From a virus: a stretch of DNA of 64,000 nucleotides. This document shows, one piece after another, positions 28,482 through 38,069 of this stretch. The first letter of the stretch is position 1. Each line of letters begins with the position of its first letter. Below the pieces are notes generated by a model. It was not told the DNA's origin, made no database searches, and saw only the letters and a list, made by a program, of their open reading frames with translations. The DNA is taken from the IMG/VR virus record IMGVR_UViG_3300009370_000014, positions 1 through 64,000 of that record; one strand, given 5' to 3'. The translations under genes were made by a program, and so were the position numbers.

Positions 28482-28946
28482 GTATCCTCCAATTACAGAT
28501 AAAACGTATTACCTAATCTAAGGTTATACCTTAGTTATATCCATAATCCTTACACATAAGAAGATCTTCACGCCTTCGTATTTTTCGTCGTCTTTTTTTG
28601 GCAAGTTTACGGAGGATCCTTGCCTCTCGTTTATATTCCGGGTTAGTAGCTAAGCAGTCGGCTATCTCTAAATCCATTTCACTTGAAGCTATACTTCTCA
28701 GTAATCTTTTGATCTGTCTAGTGTTCATAGTAGGATCTCCTTTTTTATTATTTTTAAGATGTTTAGGAAGATATATCCTCTCTAATAACAAGTTTAAATC
28801 CCCTTCCATCTAAATAAACCATAATTCCAAAGAAAGCTTTTTCCGCATTAACGCCTTGAATATTAAGAGCATCTAATACAAAATCTCGTAGTTCCAATTC
28901 TTTATCATTAAATCCTGCCATTAGACATATCCTCTATCTGGCTGCC

Positions 28947-29312
28947 TTACATTGAGAATGATATTCCACAACCACATGTACCAGTGCTACTGGGATTATG
29001 GAATACAAATCCTGCTCCTGTGAGTCCATCTCTGTAATCTATAATAAGGCCAGTTAAAAAGAACATCGATTTAGCATCTATAATAACTTGGTGATTAGTA
29101 TCTTTAAAAAAAATAGTATCAAATTCAGTAGTTGTTTCAGTAAGATTACAAAGATACTCAAACCCTGAACAACCACCTCCTTGGATCCCAATACGTATAC
29201 CTATGGAATTATTGTCTTTAGTAAGACATATAATCTTATCCTTAGCTAGAATTGATAATTCAACTCCAAGATCTATGACACTCTCTAATTGTTTCGTGTC
29301 CATCGTACTCAT
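28947..29312 (-). CDS. iscA: A-type Fe-S cluster carrier (IscA/HesB family)
   Basis: GIRIGIQGGGCSGFEY, IDAKS, GFVFHNP, TCGCGISF. Confidence 0.92.
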   Translation of the reverse strand: MSTMDTKQLESVIDLGVELSILAKDKIICLTKDNNSIGIRIGIQGGGCSGFEYLCNLTETTTEFDTIFFKDTNHQVIIDAKSMFFLTGLIIDYRDGLTGAGFVFHNPSSTGTCGCGISFSM

Positions 29313-29646
29313 CTATGTACCACCCATTTTCATTGTTAAAAGGTATATCTATTATACTTAAAGCTGAGCCGGAACCGTTAGCTTTAATACCAAGTTCTCT
29401 AATTACTTGAAGTAATATGGGATTTATTCTAAAACTTAAGTTATGACACTTATTACCAAAGTATTTAGTACTATATTTATTCCCCTCTACATAGTCCTCA
29501 TTTAAGAAAAACTCAGCATCTGGATTTTCTAGATCATTAGTTTCATCCAATATATATGTAGCAGTCATTCCTAACTGCAGGCATCTCTCTATAGCTTCTA
29601 AAGATAGGGAAAACCCTCCAAAACACTTATTAATTACTACTTCCAT
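29260..29646 (-). CDS. phage hypothetical protein
   Basis: EVVINKCFGGFSLS...WYIDEYDGHETIRE resembles a motif recalled from phage proteins. Confidence 0.7.
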   Translation of the reverse strand: MEVVINKCFGGFSLSLEAIERCLQLGMTATYILDETNDLENPDAEFFLNEDYVEGNKYSTKYFGNKCHNLSFRINPILLQVIRELGIKANGSGSALSIIDIPFNNENGWYIDEYDGHETIRECHRSWS

Positions 29647-30454
29647 TTTTAAGTTTATACTTTCTAAGATCTCTCTTATTTAATTGTTTTTTTTCTATGC
29701 AGCGCTGTCCTTTTTTATAAACCCTTATTAAATCATTAAAACTAACTTTCCTTTGGAAAAGATAATCATAATAATTCTCCCAACTACGGTATTTTGATTC
29801 AGGAGTTGATATAGATTCATATTTTACCCAATACCAGATATCATTTAATCCTTTAGCTAAATTATAATTATTTTTAAATAAAAATCTTTTAGGATATTCT
29901 TTTTTTCGATCCCAAGTATCTGTTTTTTCTCGCAAGCAAAGTATGCCTTCGGGATTAACGTATAGTAACTCATCGTAAGGTTGAAATTTATATAATTTAT
30001 TATCTCCATCAGAGTTAATAATTTCAGTGTAAGGTACACAAATTTCATTATCTTCATAAAAAGTATAAGTCTGAACTAAATCTTTAATATGATTTCTAAG
30101 ATGATACCCTCTAATATTTCTATTATCGGTATCTTTACAAATATCGGAGTATACGTTATTCCATTTATCTCCAACTCTAGACCTTAAGGTTCTCCATAAA
30201 GGACCTAGTCTATCTGTCATCTGTTTAGAGCTATACCTTCTTCTAGGTAACATTCTTTCAGTAGCAAGATCTTTAGGCCATTTATCTGATCTTCTTCGTG
30301 ATCTATAGTTAAATCTCTTGCTATTACATCGACCAGTATCAATGATAATATGTTTCATGCTTCTCTTCATATTTCCCCTATAAGATATCGTTTTAGATAA
30401 GTTTACTACTTGATTCCTTAGAAATAAGACTCTCCTTTCCAAACCAAGTACCAT
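29630..30454 (-). CDS. basic hypothetical protein; start probably MKRSMKH
   Basis: LGPLWRTLRSRVGDKWNNVYSDIC, LYVNPEGILC. Confidence 0.7.
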   Translation of the reverse strand: MVLGLERRVLFLRNQVVNLSKTISYRGNMKRSMKHIIIDTGRCNSKRFNYRSRRRSDKWPKDLATERMLPRRRYSSKQMTDRLGPLWRTLRSRVGDKWNNVYSDICKDTDNRNIRGYHLRNHIKDLVQTYTFYEDNEICVPYTEIINSDGDNKLYKFQPYDELLYVNPEGILCLREKTDTWDRKKEYPKRFLFKNNYNLAKGLNDIWYWVKYESISTPESKYRSWENYYDYLFQRKVSFNDLIRVYKKGQRCIEKKQLNKRDLRKYKLKNGSSN

Positions 30455-31061
30455 ATTTGAATTTAGACGGATAATTATCCCACTCGATCCCTACTTTCGA
30501 AAGCATACAAAGGAGAGCCTCTTGATCTTTTCCGGCACACTCCTTACGGCTGAATCGCGAACATGCAGCTGATCGAATACTGTGTCTTTTAGCATCCTGT
30601 TGTCTCCAAATTAAAGCATTGCAAGCTTCGGTTAAGCTAGGGGTTTGAAAAGCACGACAATCAAACATAGGGATCTTCCCTGCATGAGCACCGGGCATAT
30701 TAATTAAAGCATTTGTATTAAAATAAATTGTACAAGCAGAAGCTAGAACAGATACCGTTTTCTGGATCCTACCCTCCAAAAAGGGTTGAGATTTATCTGA
30801 ATCATTTATAAATATCAAAGTAATCTCATCTGATTGAGTATACCCTATATCTGCTCCGACATGAGCTACCAGCTGTTTAGTAGTATCTTGCATAGTAGTA
30901 ACCATGCGTTCATCAAAAGGCTTGTCTAAATTTTTTGTATAGCTGCTAAAATCATGTCCATCTAGCATGACTACTATAGGTAAGAAGGGAGTAAATATAC
31001 GAGAAGCTTCTTTACTCTCATATGATTCCATGCGAACACTTAAGGGAATTTCACATCTCAC
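30393..31061 (-). CDS. tRNA-His guanylyltransferase Thg1-like protein
   Basis: RMESYE, VMLDGHDFSSYT, KPFD, GYTQSDEITL, GRIQK, FDCRAF, WRQQDA. Confidence 0.92.
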   Translation of the reverse strand: MRCEIPLSVRMESYESKEASRIFTPFLPIVVMLDGHDFSSYTKNLDKPFDERMVTTMQDTTKQLVAHVGADIGYTQSDEITLIFINDSDKSQPFLEGRIQKTVSVLASACTIYFNTNALINMPGAHAGKIPMFDCRAFQTPSLTEACNALIWRQQDAKRHSIRSAACSRFSRKECAGKDQEALLCMLSKVGIEWDNYPSKFKYGTWFGKESLISKESSSKLI

Positions 31062-31107
31062 TTTAATCCTTTAACATATATGCTTATATATAGTTCATAT
31101 AAACCTT

Positions 31108-31524
31108 TGGAGGCGCAGGGAATTGCACCCTGGTCCTGGAAATACTGCTTGATTAGTCTCTACGTGCGTATTCTTTATTTTTTGTATGTCTGCAGTTACT
31201 TCGAAAAGACAAACGAGTGTAATTAGCATAACCCTCTTATTCCTGAGAAGCTGACAGAGGGTCTAGGCTTCCCGAGGCTTGTATTATTATCAATCTATCT
31301 AAACGCCACAAGCGAGGCTCCTAGTAGATCGTCTGGCCTGTATCAGGCAGCTATGAGAGCGTCAGAACCTGCCCAAGAAGCAGCAAATTCATCAGCAGTC
31401 ATAGCAACAGATGTATTATTGTCTATTTTGACAATTAAAGTTTTGTAGCTTTTTTAAGTGGCCTGCTACTCCACTGCACGCAACATCCTCCGCCTAGTAT
31501 CCAGTCGAAATCTAAATCGCCCCC
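31108..31524 (-). ncRNA. ssrA: tmRNA
   Basis: 5' GGGGGCG...TTCGAC; 3' CAGGG TGCAATT CCCTG CGCCTCC A with G3:U70; internal tag ORF 31343-31432 ending LIAA*. Confidence 0.93.
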
Positions 31525-31539
31525 GTTAAATATACGGGC

Positions 31540-31893
31540 TTATGAAATTTTATTAAAAACATAGTTTTGAAACCACTCTTTTACAAACTTTTTATCACCA
31601 ACTTGTTCAGCTATAACTAGCATCGACAAAAAAATCTGCTTATCTTGATCCATGTTTATACCAAACGTATATTTCTTCCAAGAATGTTTATGTATATATT
31701 TCCTAGAATTAGTCATAACAAATCCCTGCTTATTAACAAGTAATATAGACCATAATGGAAGTCTAACTCTATTCCAACGATTACTGATTACAGATTGTAT
31801 AGCTCCAATGAAATGCTGCAGATGTTGAGGAGAATCATGATAAACATTCCAAGAAAGATCATCTAATTCTAATAAGTACAATGAAGATTTCAT
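31540..31893 (-). CDS. hypothetical protein
   Basis: ORF on the dominant strand. Confidence 0.5.
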   Translation of the reverse strand: MKSSLYLLELDDLSWNVYHDSPQHLQHFIGAIQSVISNRWNRVRLPLWSILLVNKQGFVMTNSRKYIHKHSWKKYTFGINMDQDKQIFLSMLVIAEQVGDKKFVKEWFQNYVFNKIS

Positions 31894-31969
31894 AAGTTGA
31901 TTCCTGTTTTACACTTTAAAATTTTAAGTAATATAACTGTAATAGAATCTTAAAACGTTTTCATGATTT

Positions 31970-32320
31970 GCACCCATTTAAACCAGGCTACGCCTTTGGT
32001 TAGAATGCTCTTACAATTCAAAAGTATATTTTGATAGGTACAAAGCGCTTTAGATGTAGGATCTAAAAATTACAATTAAAGCTTTTAATTAGCCCTTCAA
32101 GCTGGGGAGGGTATGTAGGTAATCCTAACACCACCAAGCATATATATTTTAGCATTAAGTAGCTAAGTCTTGCTTAACAAGATAAAGTACAAGGGCTTTG
32201 CGATATAGAATCTGTCAAGAAATATAGCACGCTGCAGCCGTCTCGGCGGAGTGCTGCTCCAGGGCTAGGAGACAAGCTTAGCGTAGCTAACAAGTACATC
32301 TTATCTGTAGAAGATAATAG
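31970..32320. ncRNA. second candidate structured ncRNA locus sharing the 17.6-18.2 kb motif
   Basis: Hairpin + ACAAT (32013) + TCAAAAGTATATTTTGA + TAGGTACA; GTCTTGCTTAACAAGAT + AAAGTACA (32167-32191); a third shortened copy ending AAGTAC at 32292; dense hairpins, no ORF. Confidence 0.5.
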
Positions 32321-32335
32321 TTACACAGAGTTCTT

Positions 32336-32758
32336 TTAGCTAGAATGTAAATTTATAACCCAGTCATCATAGGCCTTCCAAGAATTAGGATTATCTCCTA
32401 CCAAATAAAGGGTATCTTTTAATATAACTAAAGTTAGCATATCTTCTCCTTCAGGGAGACGATCAAAACTTTTAATAAGTAAACTTCTTCTATTATCTAT
32501 GTAAGTTTTTTGGATCTTACCTTGTCTTCTTAGAATACAGATACATTCACTAATATTAATGCTATCTCTCTTAAGCTTACTTTTTAACTTAAGCAGTAAA
32601 GTTGCATCTAAATAGACAGGTCCCTCTATCTTAGCTAATTCCAAATACACTTGTTTTTCTAAAGTAAGGCTGGGTTTTCTGTTATAGACTGACTCAAATA
32701 ACAGGACTGCAGTTAGCAAACAAATCAGTGATACTAAAGGAAGAATAAGTCCTAGCAT
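32336..32758 (-). CDS. membrane-anchored hypothetical protein
   Basis: N-terminal hydrophobic helix. Confidence 0.6.
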   Translation of the reverse strand: MLGLILPLVSLICLLTAVLLFESVYNRKPSLTLEKQVYLELAKIEGPVYLDATLLLKLKSKLKRDSINISECICILRRQGKIQKTYIDNRRSLLIKSFDRLPEGEDMLTLVILKDTLYLVGDNPNSWKAYDDWVINLHSS

Positions 32759-32760
32759 AT

Positions 32761-33285
32761 TTAGACCTTTCTTACTGTAGTAATTAAATTACGAATAGAT
32801 ATGCTAACCTGAAGTTCTTTTTCGGAGTATTCTTGTAGTAACTCAGCTTCTATTTCATATTCTTCATTAAGTTTAGGGTCATGAAATCTTTCCGATCCAT
32901 CCTGTAAAAACTGCATATAATGGACTATTTCATGTTTAATATAAGTCTTTTTCATACCTTTTTTATAGAAAACCACGTAAGGACGTTCTTCAGTACTGAC
33001 TGAAAAATAAGCGAGAACATCAATTCCCTGCTCGTGACCGTAGTCTTTCTCGGGAATAACTATTATTCTAAGTTTTGGAAGCTCAAGATACGCACACAAA
33101 TTAGTGATATACTTCCTAAGAGTACTCTTTTTTAGAAAAGTATTACTAGCTTTACTAAAGTACCTCTCCAGTTTTTTGGCATAATCGATGTCTAACATGC
33201 TTAGCCTCACACCCAGGAGCAGGACAAAACCATAACTCCAGTTTGTTATTCCACTTATAAGGTATTGGTCTCCCAAATCGTTCAC
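32761..33285 (-). CDS. HEXXH zinc metallopeptidase-like protein; start probably MLDIDY
   Basis: HEIVHYMQ and downstream EYEIEA. Confidence 0.7.
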   Translation of the reverse strand: MNDLGDQYLISGITNWSYGFVLLLGVRLSMLDIDYAKKLERYFSKASNTFLKKSTLRKYITNLCAYLELPKLRIIVIPEKDYGHEQGIDVLAYFSVSTEERPYVVFYKKGMKKTYIKHEIVHYMQFLQDGSERFHDPKLNEEYEIEAELLQEYSEKELQVSISIRNLITTVRKV

Positions 33286-33400
33286 AGTTACAAGGAGCTT
33301 CTGTAAGTAATCCTTGTCTAATTAGTGTATCACGGAGCCTTTGGTTTAACCTGACTTTGCGTGGATTTTTTTTTCTCAAATTGTTTCCATATTTTCTCAA
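33155..33400 (-). CDS. small Cys-rich protein
   Basis: CNC...CPAPGC. Confidence 0.5.
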   Translation of the reverse strand: MRKYGNNLRKKNPRKVRLNQRLRDTLIRQGLLTEAPCNCERFGRPIPYKWNNKLELWFCPAPGCEAKHVRHRLCQKTGEVL

Positions 33401-33675
33401 GGGGGTTACTTGTCTTGTAAAAATAGAAATTTAAATGTAAATCACAATAAGTTCCTCTACCTTTGTCTTCTGCCTTACAAACTTTACACTTCATCTAATT
33501 TTTTCCTCAAAGCAGAGTTTTTAACTATAATATCAGTTAGTAAGTCATTAACGAACTCCAGTAATTCTTCTTCCAGTTCATCCTCACAGTCTTCCTGGAT
33601 AAAATCACAATAGTCCACAAACACCTTTACTCGGCGCTCTATTTCTTCTATATTAATAATTACCTCCAATAGACT

Positions 33676-34104
33676 CTAATCTCCTCGATAGGTTCTAAAT
33701 ATAATATCCCATAATGGATAAGTGACACACCAGTTAGCATTTGTGTACATGCTGTGATGAGTATAATGCCAAGGTATCCACTTAATCATCCAGTCTACAT
33801 CTAAATGTGCTTTAGTATGTATACCCCAATAAAGAATGCATCCCGATAATGCACCTAAAAAGAGCCATGTTGAAAAATATAACAGCCATACATGGATTAA
33901 GGAAAGTAAAAATAAATAAAAAGCCTCATAGACTGAAGGAGAATCTGCCATACTATTAAAAGTACATACACTGTGATGCTCTATATGGAAATGAAACATA
34001 CTGTATTTATTTTTACCCATCCTATGAAGTATATACTTATGTAAAATCCACTCCATTAAATTAGCATAAATAAGTCCTAATAAAAATAACAGTACGGATA
34101 TCAT
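33676..34104 (-). CDS. fatty-acid hydroxylase/sterol desaturase family membrane protein
   Basis: His boxes EWILHKYILH, HIEHH, IHTKAH, HYTHH; NWCVTYPLWDIIFRT. Confidence 0.88.
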   Translation of the reverse strand: MISVLLFLLGLIYANLMEWILHKYILHRMGKNKYSMFHFHIEHHSVCTFNSMADSPSVYEAFYLFLLSLIHVWLLYFSTWLFLGALSGCILYWGIHTKAHLDVDWMIKWIPWHYTHHSMYTNANWCVTYPLWDIIFRTYRGD

Positions 34105-34178
34105 ACAATTATGTATCTATAAGTAGAGGTACTAACTCTAGAATACCAATTAATATAAATTTTCAATTTAGTATACAT

Positions 34179-34469
34179 TTATTCCTCTTTGTAAATTTCC
34201 AATTCACCTACAACTTGAGCACCTTCCATTAAAATTAATTTTTCAAAATTACTAGTTTCTAATATTTTCTTCCCATATTCAGAAAAAGCTTCTACTTTTA
34301 CATTTTTTTTGTCAGGTAGAATAATTACAACTAGCTGAAAAGACTGACCGTTTAGTGTAGTAGTGGGTCGATATACAACTCCAGGAGCAATCTCTTGTTG
34401 TTTAGCTCTAGTAATCCAAGAAATCTTAGCTCGCATGTATTCTCCTATACAAATCCCAACATACTCCAA
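34179..34469 (-). CDS. hypothetical protein
   Basis: ORF on the dominant strand. Confidence 0.5.
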   Translation of the reverse strand: MEYVGICIGEYMRAKISWITRAKQQEIAPGVVYRPTTTLNGQSFQLVVIILPDKKNVKVEAFSEYGKKILETSNFEKLILMEGAQVVGELEIYKEE

Positions 34470-34626
34470 TATAAATTGTAAGTATAAATATTACTTAGAA
34501 AGATGCTCCTTTACATACGCTATAAGTCTATCTAGAGCAATTACTTCTTCATATTGCTCTTCAGAAATAAGCTTATCTCTGTAAACATAAATAATTCGAA
34601 AAGCTCCTTTTATCAGCTTATCAAAG

Positions 34627-34929
34627 TCATCCTTTTTTAGATCTTCCTGACACATAAAATAGCTCCTTTGCAAGTGCTATTCTATCTCCTTCTTTCCTCC
34701 AAGGAAAGGGTGTAGATAAATTTCCACAAGTGGTACATTTAAATTTTTCATTTTTTAAATCAGAAGCTAGAGTAAGTAACTCTATCTCAGAAAAATTTTC
34801 AGCTAACCTGACGTATTCATCTAAATTTATGTTTAACAATCTACAATCAAGTGTTTTAGTTTGAGTCCAAGATCTACCATAACACTTCAACGTACTGCAT
34901 TTAATCCAAACTGTGTCAAACATCCCCAT
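34627..34929 (-). CDS. small Zn-binding phage protein
   Basis: MGMFDTV..C...QTK.LDC...CTTCG. Confidence 0.6.
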   Translation of the reverse strand: MGMFDTVWIKCSTLKCYGRSWTQTKTLDCRLLNINLDEYVRLAENFSEIELLTLASDLKNEKFKCTTCGNLSTPFPWRKEGDRIALAKELFYVSGRSKKG

Positions 34930-35041
34930 AAAATCTAAGATCTCCCACTTACTAGCTAAAGATAGAGAACAGGTAGATTTAAACTTATACCTCTAACTTT
35001 ACAAGTATAGTTATCTCTGCTGATTCATAAAAACCCTTAAC

Positions 35042-35305
35042 TTATTCTGATTGATCCTTTTCTAATTCCTTAAGTTTTATTTTCATACTAATGAATGTTC
35101 TACGTAAACATTCCTCACAAGGGTCTATTTCAATAGATTTTACTTTCTTTAGTAATTCTTCTCTTTCCAGATGATTTAATTTGGATTCATGTGCACTACA
35201 ACCACCGATAGAAAGAATAAGAGTAATAAAAACTAAAGCTATACACATTACAGTTGTTTTAAGTAATCCTACATCAGGATGAGCAGGCATTAAGGCTCCT
35301 TTCAA
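35042..35305 (-). CDS. small membrane protein
   Basis: Hydrophobic helix ending in GGC. Confidence 0.55.
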   Translation of the reverse strand: MKGALMPAHPDVGLLKTTVMCIALVFITLILSIGGCSAHESKLNHLEREELLKKVKSIEIDPCEECLRRTFISMKIKLKELEKDQSE

Positions 35306-35370
35306 CTAGTTAAGGGAGATTTAAGGTAAAGCCAGTAGTAGAATATACTACCAGCGCACCTTCTAGCTAT

Positions 35371-35802
35371 TTACTTGACCCAACGCCATGTTTTACGATT
35401 TACAACATTAGATATTGTAGAATCAGCTACATCATAAAGATCGGCAAGATCTCTTTGGGATAACTTAGACTTACGAATAATCTTTACAGCCGAGGCATTA
35501 AGCTTAACAGCTCTAGAATATACATTAGCTTCAACTACTGGACGTAAATCTCTAAATTTTACATTCCCACGAAGTTTATCAATCTGAACTGTAGAAGAAT
35601 TTCCATCTTTGGAAAGAGTAACAGTTTTGCTCTTACCCCTCTTACCACTCTTGCGAATCTTAAGAGACTTAGGAGTCCCTCTTTTGACTGAGACAACCTT
35701 ATCTATATCCCGATCAATAAAGTAACCTGGAAAATTTTCAATAGAAGCTAATACACTTCCAGTTGAAGTCTGTACCGAGGTTAATGTCATACTTTTAGTC
35801 AT
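35371..35802 (-). CDS. DNA-binding protein derived from an HNH endonuclease (NUMOD4-like N-terminus and HTH, no HNH core)
   Basis: IENFPGYFI...KVVS; KLNASAVKIIR...SQRDLADLYDVADSTISNVVNRKTW; no histidine in the protein. Confidence 0.7.
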   Translation of the reverse strand: MTKSMTLTSVQTSTGSVLASIENFPGYFIDRDIDKVVSVKRGTPKSLKIRKSGKRGKSKTVTLSKDGNSSTVQIDKLRGNVKFRDLRPVVEANVYSRAVKLNASAVKIIRKSKLSQRDLADLYDVADSTISNVVNRKTWRWVK

Positions 35803-35912
35803 TAAATAATTTCTTTCTGTTAATTCTGAAAATCAGAATAATCCATAAGTATTATTAAATAGTAACTTCATTAGTAAGATTTTATAAAACAATAAACAAG
35901 ATAGTCTAAAAG

Positions 35913-36134
35913 TTAGTTTATTCCTGACTCACATCCACAATTATGACAGATAGACGTATACTCAGGATGAGTTAGTTCTAATATATGATCGCCATGCTCG
36001 CTACATGCAACCACCACTTCGAATTCAATTTGATCAAATACAAGACTAAGGTCCTTGAAAGGTGCTTTACACCCTTCAACTACACAGCAGTCTTCAAGTT
36101 CTAATATTTTCATCTTTTCTCCTAAACTCAACAT
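35913..36134 (-). CDS. small Cys-rich protein
   Basis: CSEH, CHNCGC. Confidence 0.5.
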   Translation of the reverse strand: MLSLGEKMKILELEDCCVVEGCKAPFKDLSLVFDQIEFEVVVACSEHGDHILELTHPEYTSICHNCGCESGIN

Positions 36135-36149
36135 GAAATATAAATATCT

Positions 36150-37121
36150 CTAATTACATCTAAAAACAGGACCATGGCGGGTAGGATAATTTATAAATCC
36201 AGTATCTGAACCTAGAGTTGTACGATCTACTAAGAATACATCTCCTGACTTAAACTTAGTTAGGTTTATAACTAATCTAACCAAGGTATTCTTTGGAATC
36301 GCTTCTCCGAAGAAAAACAGCTTGTAGTGTTGTGAGGTGTGATGTCCCGCTATAGGGATTTCATCTATTTTCTCCCATGTAGATGCCCCTACCTTCTTTA
36401 CATCCATACGAATTATTCCTCGCATAGCTATATTAGTATAAGCATTTCGATTTCCTGCTCTAAATCTAAACTCGTAATCATAGAGTTCTTGTTCAAGCCC
36501 AGAAAGATCCTCAAGTCTTTCTTGCCAGACTGTTATCTCATTTGTACCTACTTGGTAGGGGATAAATAGAGGTATCTCGTCTACTCGTGCTCGAAAGATT
36601 CCTCCTGTATTGACAGTTATTTTTTGGGAAGGGATGATCGCTACTTCTTCTTTAGAGTCTATAAAAAAATTATGAACTATAATAGTGAGGCTATCTTTTT
36701 GCAGTAGAGAATGTGGATTGACTAGTACATATGCCATTACAGATTCCCCAGGATCCAAAGAAACATCACACTTTAAATGAGTCTTTATATTTCCAATTGC
36801 AGGGTATACCTCAGATACCTTTTTACCTTCTATAATAAATTCGATATTTATCTTATTAAATAAAGGATTTGAAGAAGTGAATGACACATTAAATCCGTTG
36901 AATGTGTATTTCTGGGTGCCTTCATTTTTCACTATACATCTTAGTATATTATTAAAAGGCAGTACTTGATTTCTGCCAATAGGGAGTACCTGGAAAGTCA
37001 AAGTTTTATTGGAATTCCTTATAGACGCTAAGGAAGCTCCGGCTAAAGAACTGCTTGAGCCTCCCCCAGAAGATCCACATCCCAGTAAGACACTAACTAT
37101 TATTAATACGTACTTATTCAT
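36150..37121 (-). CDS. putative lipoprotein with beta-rich domains
   Basis: Lipobox LLGC followed by a Gly/Ser linker. Confidence 0.7.
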   Translation of the reverse strand: MNKYVLIIVSVLLGCGSSGGGSSSSLAGASLASIRNSNKTLTFQVLPIGRNQVLPFNNILRCIVKNEGTQKYTFNGFNVSFTSSNPLFNKINIEFIIEGKKVSEVYPAIGNIKTHLKCDVSLDPGESVMAYVLVNPHSLLQKDSLTIIVHNFFIDSKEEVAIIPSQKITVNTGGIFRARVDEIPLFIPYQVGTNEITVWQERLEDLSGLEQELYDYEFRFRAGNRNAYTNIAMRGIIRMDVKKVGASTWEKIDEIPIAGHHTSQHYKLFFFGEAIPKNTLVRLVINLTKFKSGDVFLVDRTTLGSDTGFINYPTRHGPVFRCN

Positions 37122-37200
37122 ACTTCTTTCCTATCTTTAGATTTTAAGACATAGCAGGGTTGTTAAAGATTAAATTATATAGGTAATAAAAATTTTTTAA

Positions 37201-37638
37201 TTAAAGTGACATGATAACCCCGACTCCACTAGAGAGTCCTGTATGAGAATCTTTAATTCTTATGTATACTTTTCGGTTAGTAGGTATATTTTTATAAAAT
37301 TCAAATATTCTAGAAGTCTTAGAGATTCCATTTATCGTATCTAAATTAATGTTATCTTCTTCCCAAACTATTGAGAAATCTTTTCTAGGGGAAAATTGAA
37401 TAATACCTTTTCCATAAGGAAGATAATAATCTACAGATAATGACCTGCATTCTATCAATTTATACTTACTAGGAATTTTAGTATATCCTAAATAAAAAAT
37501 ACGAGGTTTTTCACTAATTAAATTTTTAGGCTTAATGTATGAAGTTTTTGTAGAGACTGTAGAAACTTTGTTTTTACACCCAAAAAGTAACCAACCTAAA
37601 GCAAGCAAGGTACTAACTATTATTATTTTTCTTTTCAT
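37201..37638 (-). CDS. putative lipoprotein
   Basis: MKRK, hydrophobic stretch, LFGC lipobox. Confidence 0.65.
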   Translation of the reverse strand: MKRKIIIVSTLLALGWLLFGCKNKVSTVSTKTSYIKPKNLISEKPRIFYLGYTKIPSKYKLIECRSLSVDYYLPYGKGIIQFSPRKDFSIVWEEDNINLDTINGISKTSRIFEFYKNIPTNRKVYIRIKDSHTGLSSGVGVIMSL

Positions 37639-37664
37639 AATTCCTCTTTTCTTTGTACTAAAAA

Positions 37665-37737
37665 TACTCGCACCAGGATTTGAACCTGGAATCGTCTGAT
37701 TAGAAGTCAGATGCCTTATCCATTAGGCCATACGAGC
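37665..37737 (-). tRNA. tRNA-Arg(TCT)
   Basis: GCTCGTA..GCCT/AGGC..TCTGA CTTCTAA TCAGA..CCAGG TTCAAAT CCTGG TGCGAGT A. Confidence 0.93.
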
Positions 37738-37938
37738 TTAAAGAATTCCACACCAGTCATCTGTACCAAAGCTTTTTACTACTTCTCCTTCAATCACTGC
37801 AATATCTCTAAAATTATGATTCTGTCTAAGTTCCAAAATCTCTTCTTTAGTTAAGCGCTCAATAATAGGATATTCTCTATTATCAATATAGTAAATTACT
37901 AGATAATCTACTGGTTTTTTAAACCTATTTGGTTTCAT
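37738..37938 (-). CDS. hypothetical protein
   Basis: ORF between two tRNAs. Confidence 0.55.
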   Translation of the reverse strand: MKPNRFKKPVDYLVIYYIDNREYPIIERLTKEEILELRQNHNFRDIAVIEGEVVKSFGTDDWCGIL

Positions 37939-37995
37939 TATTCTACCTTATATTTAAATCTTTAAATTAAAAGAAGCCTCTTTGTCATTATTCTA

Positions 37996-38069
37996 TAGGC
38001 GATGTGGGACTTGAACCCACAACCTCTTGGGTGTAAACCAAGTGCTCTATCCAATTGAGCTAATCGCCT
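37996..38069 (-). tRNA. tRNA-Val(TAC)
   Basis: AGGCGAT..GCTC/GAGC..CTTGG TTTACAC CCAAG..GTGGG TTCAAGT CCCAC ATCGCCT A. Confidence 0.93.

Noticed and set aside
34105-34135. ACAAT...GGTAC as a further array unit
   Set aside because: The offset differs by one base and there is no clean 17-nt hairpin; likely chance in AT-rich sequence.
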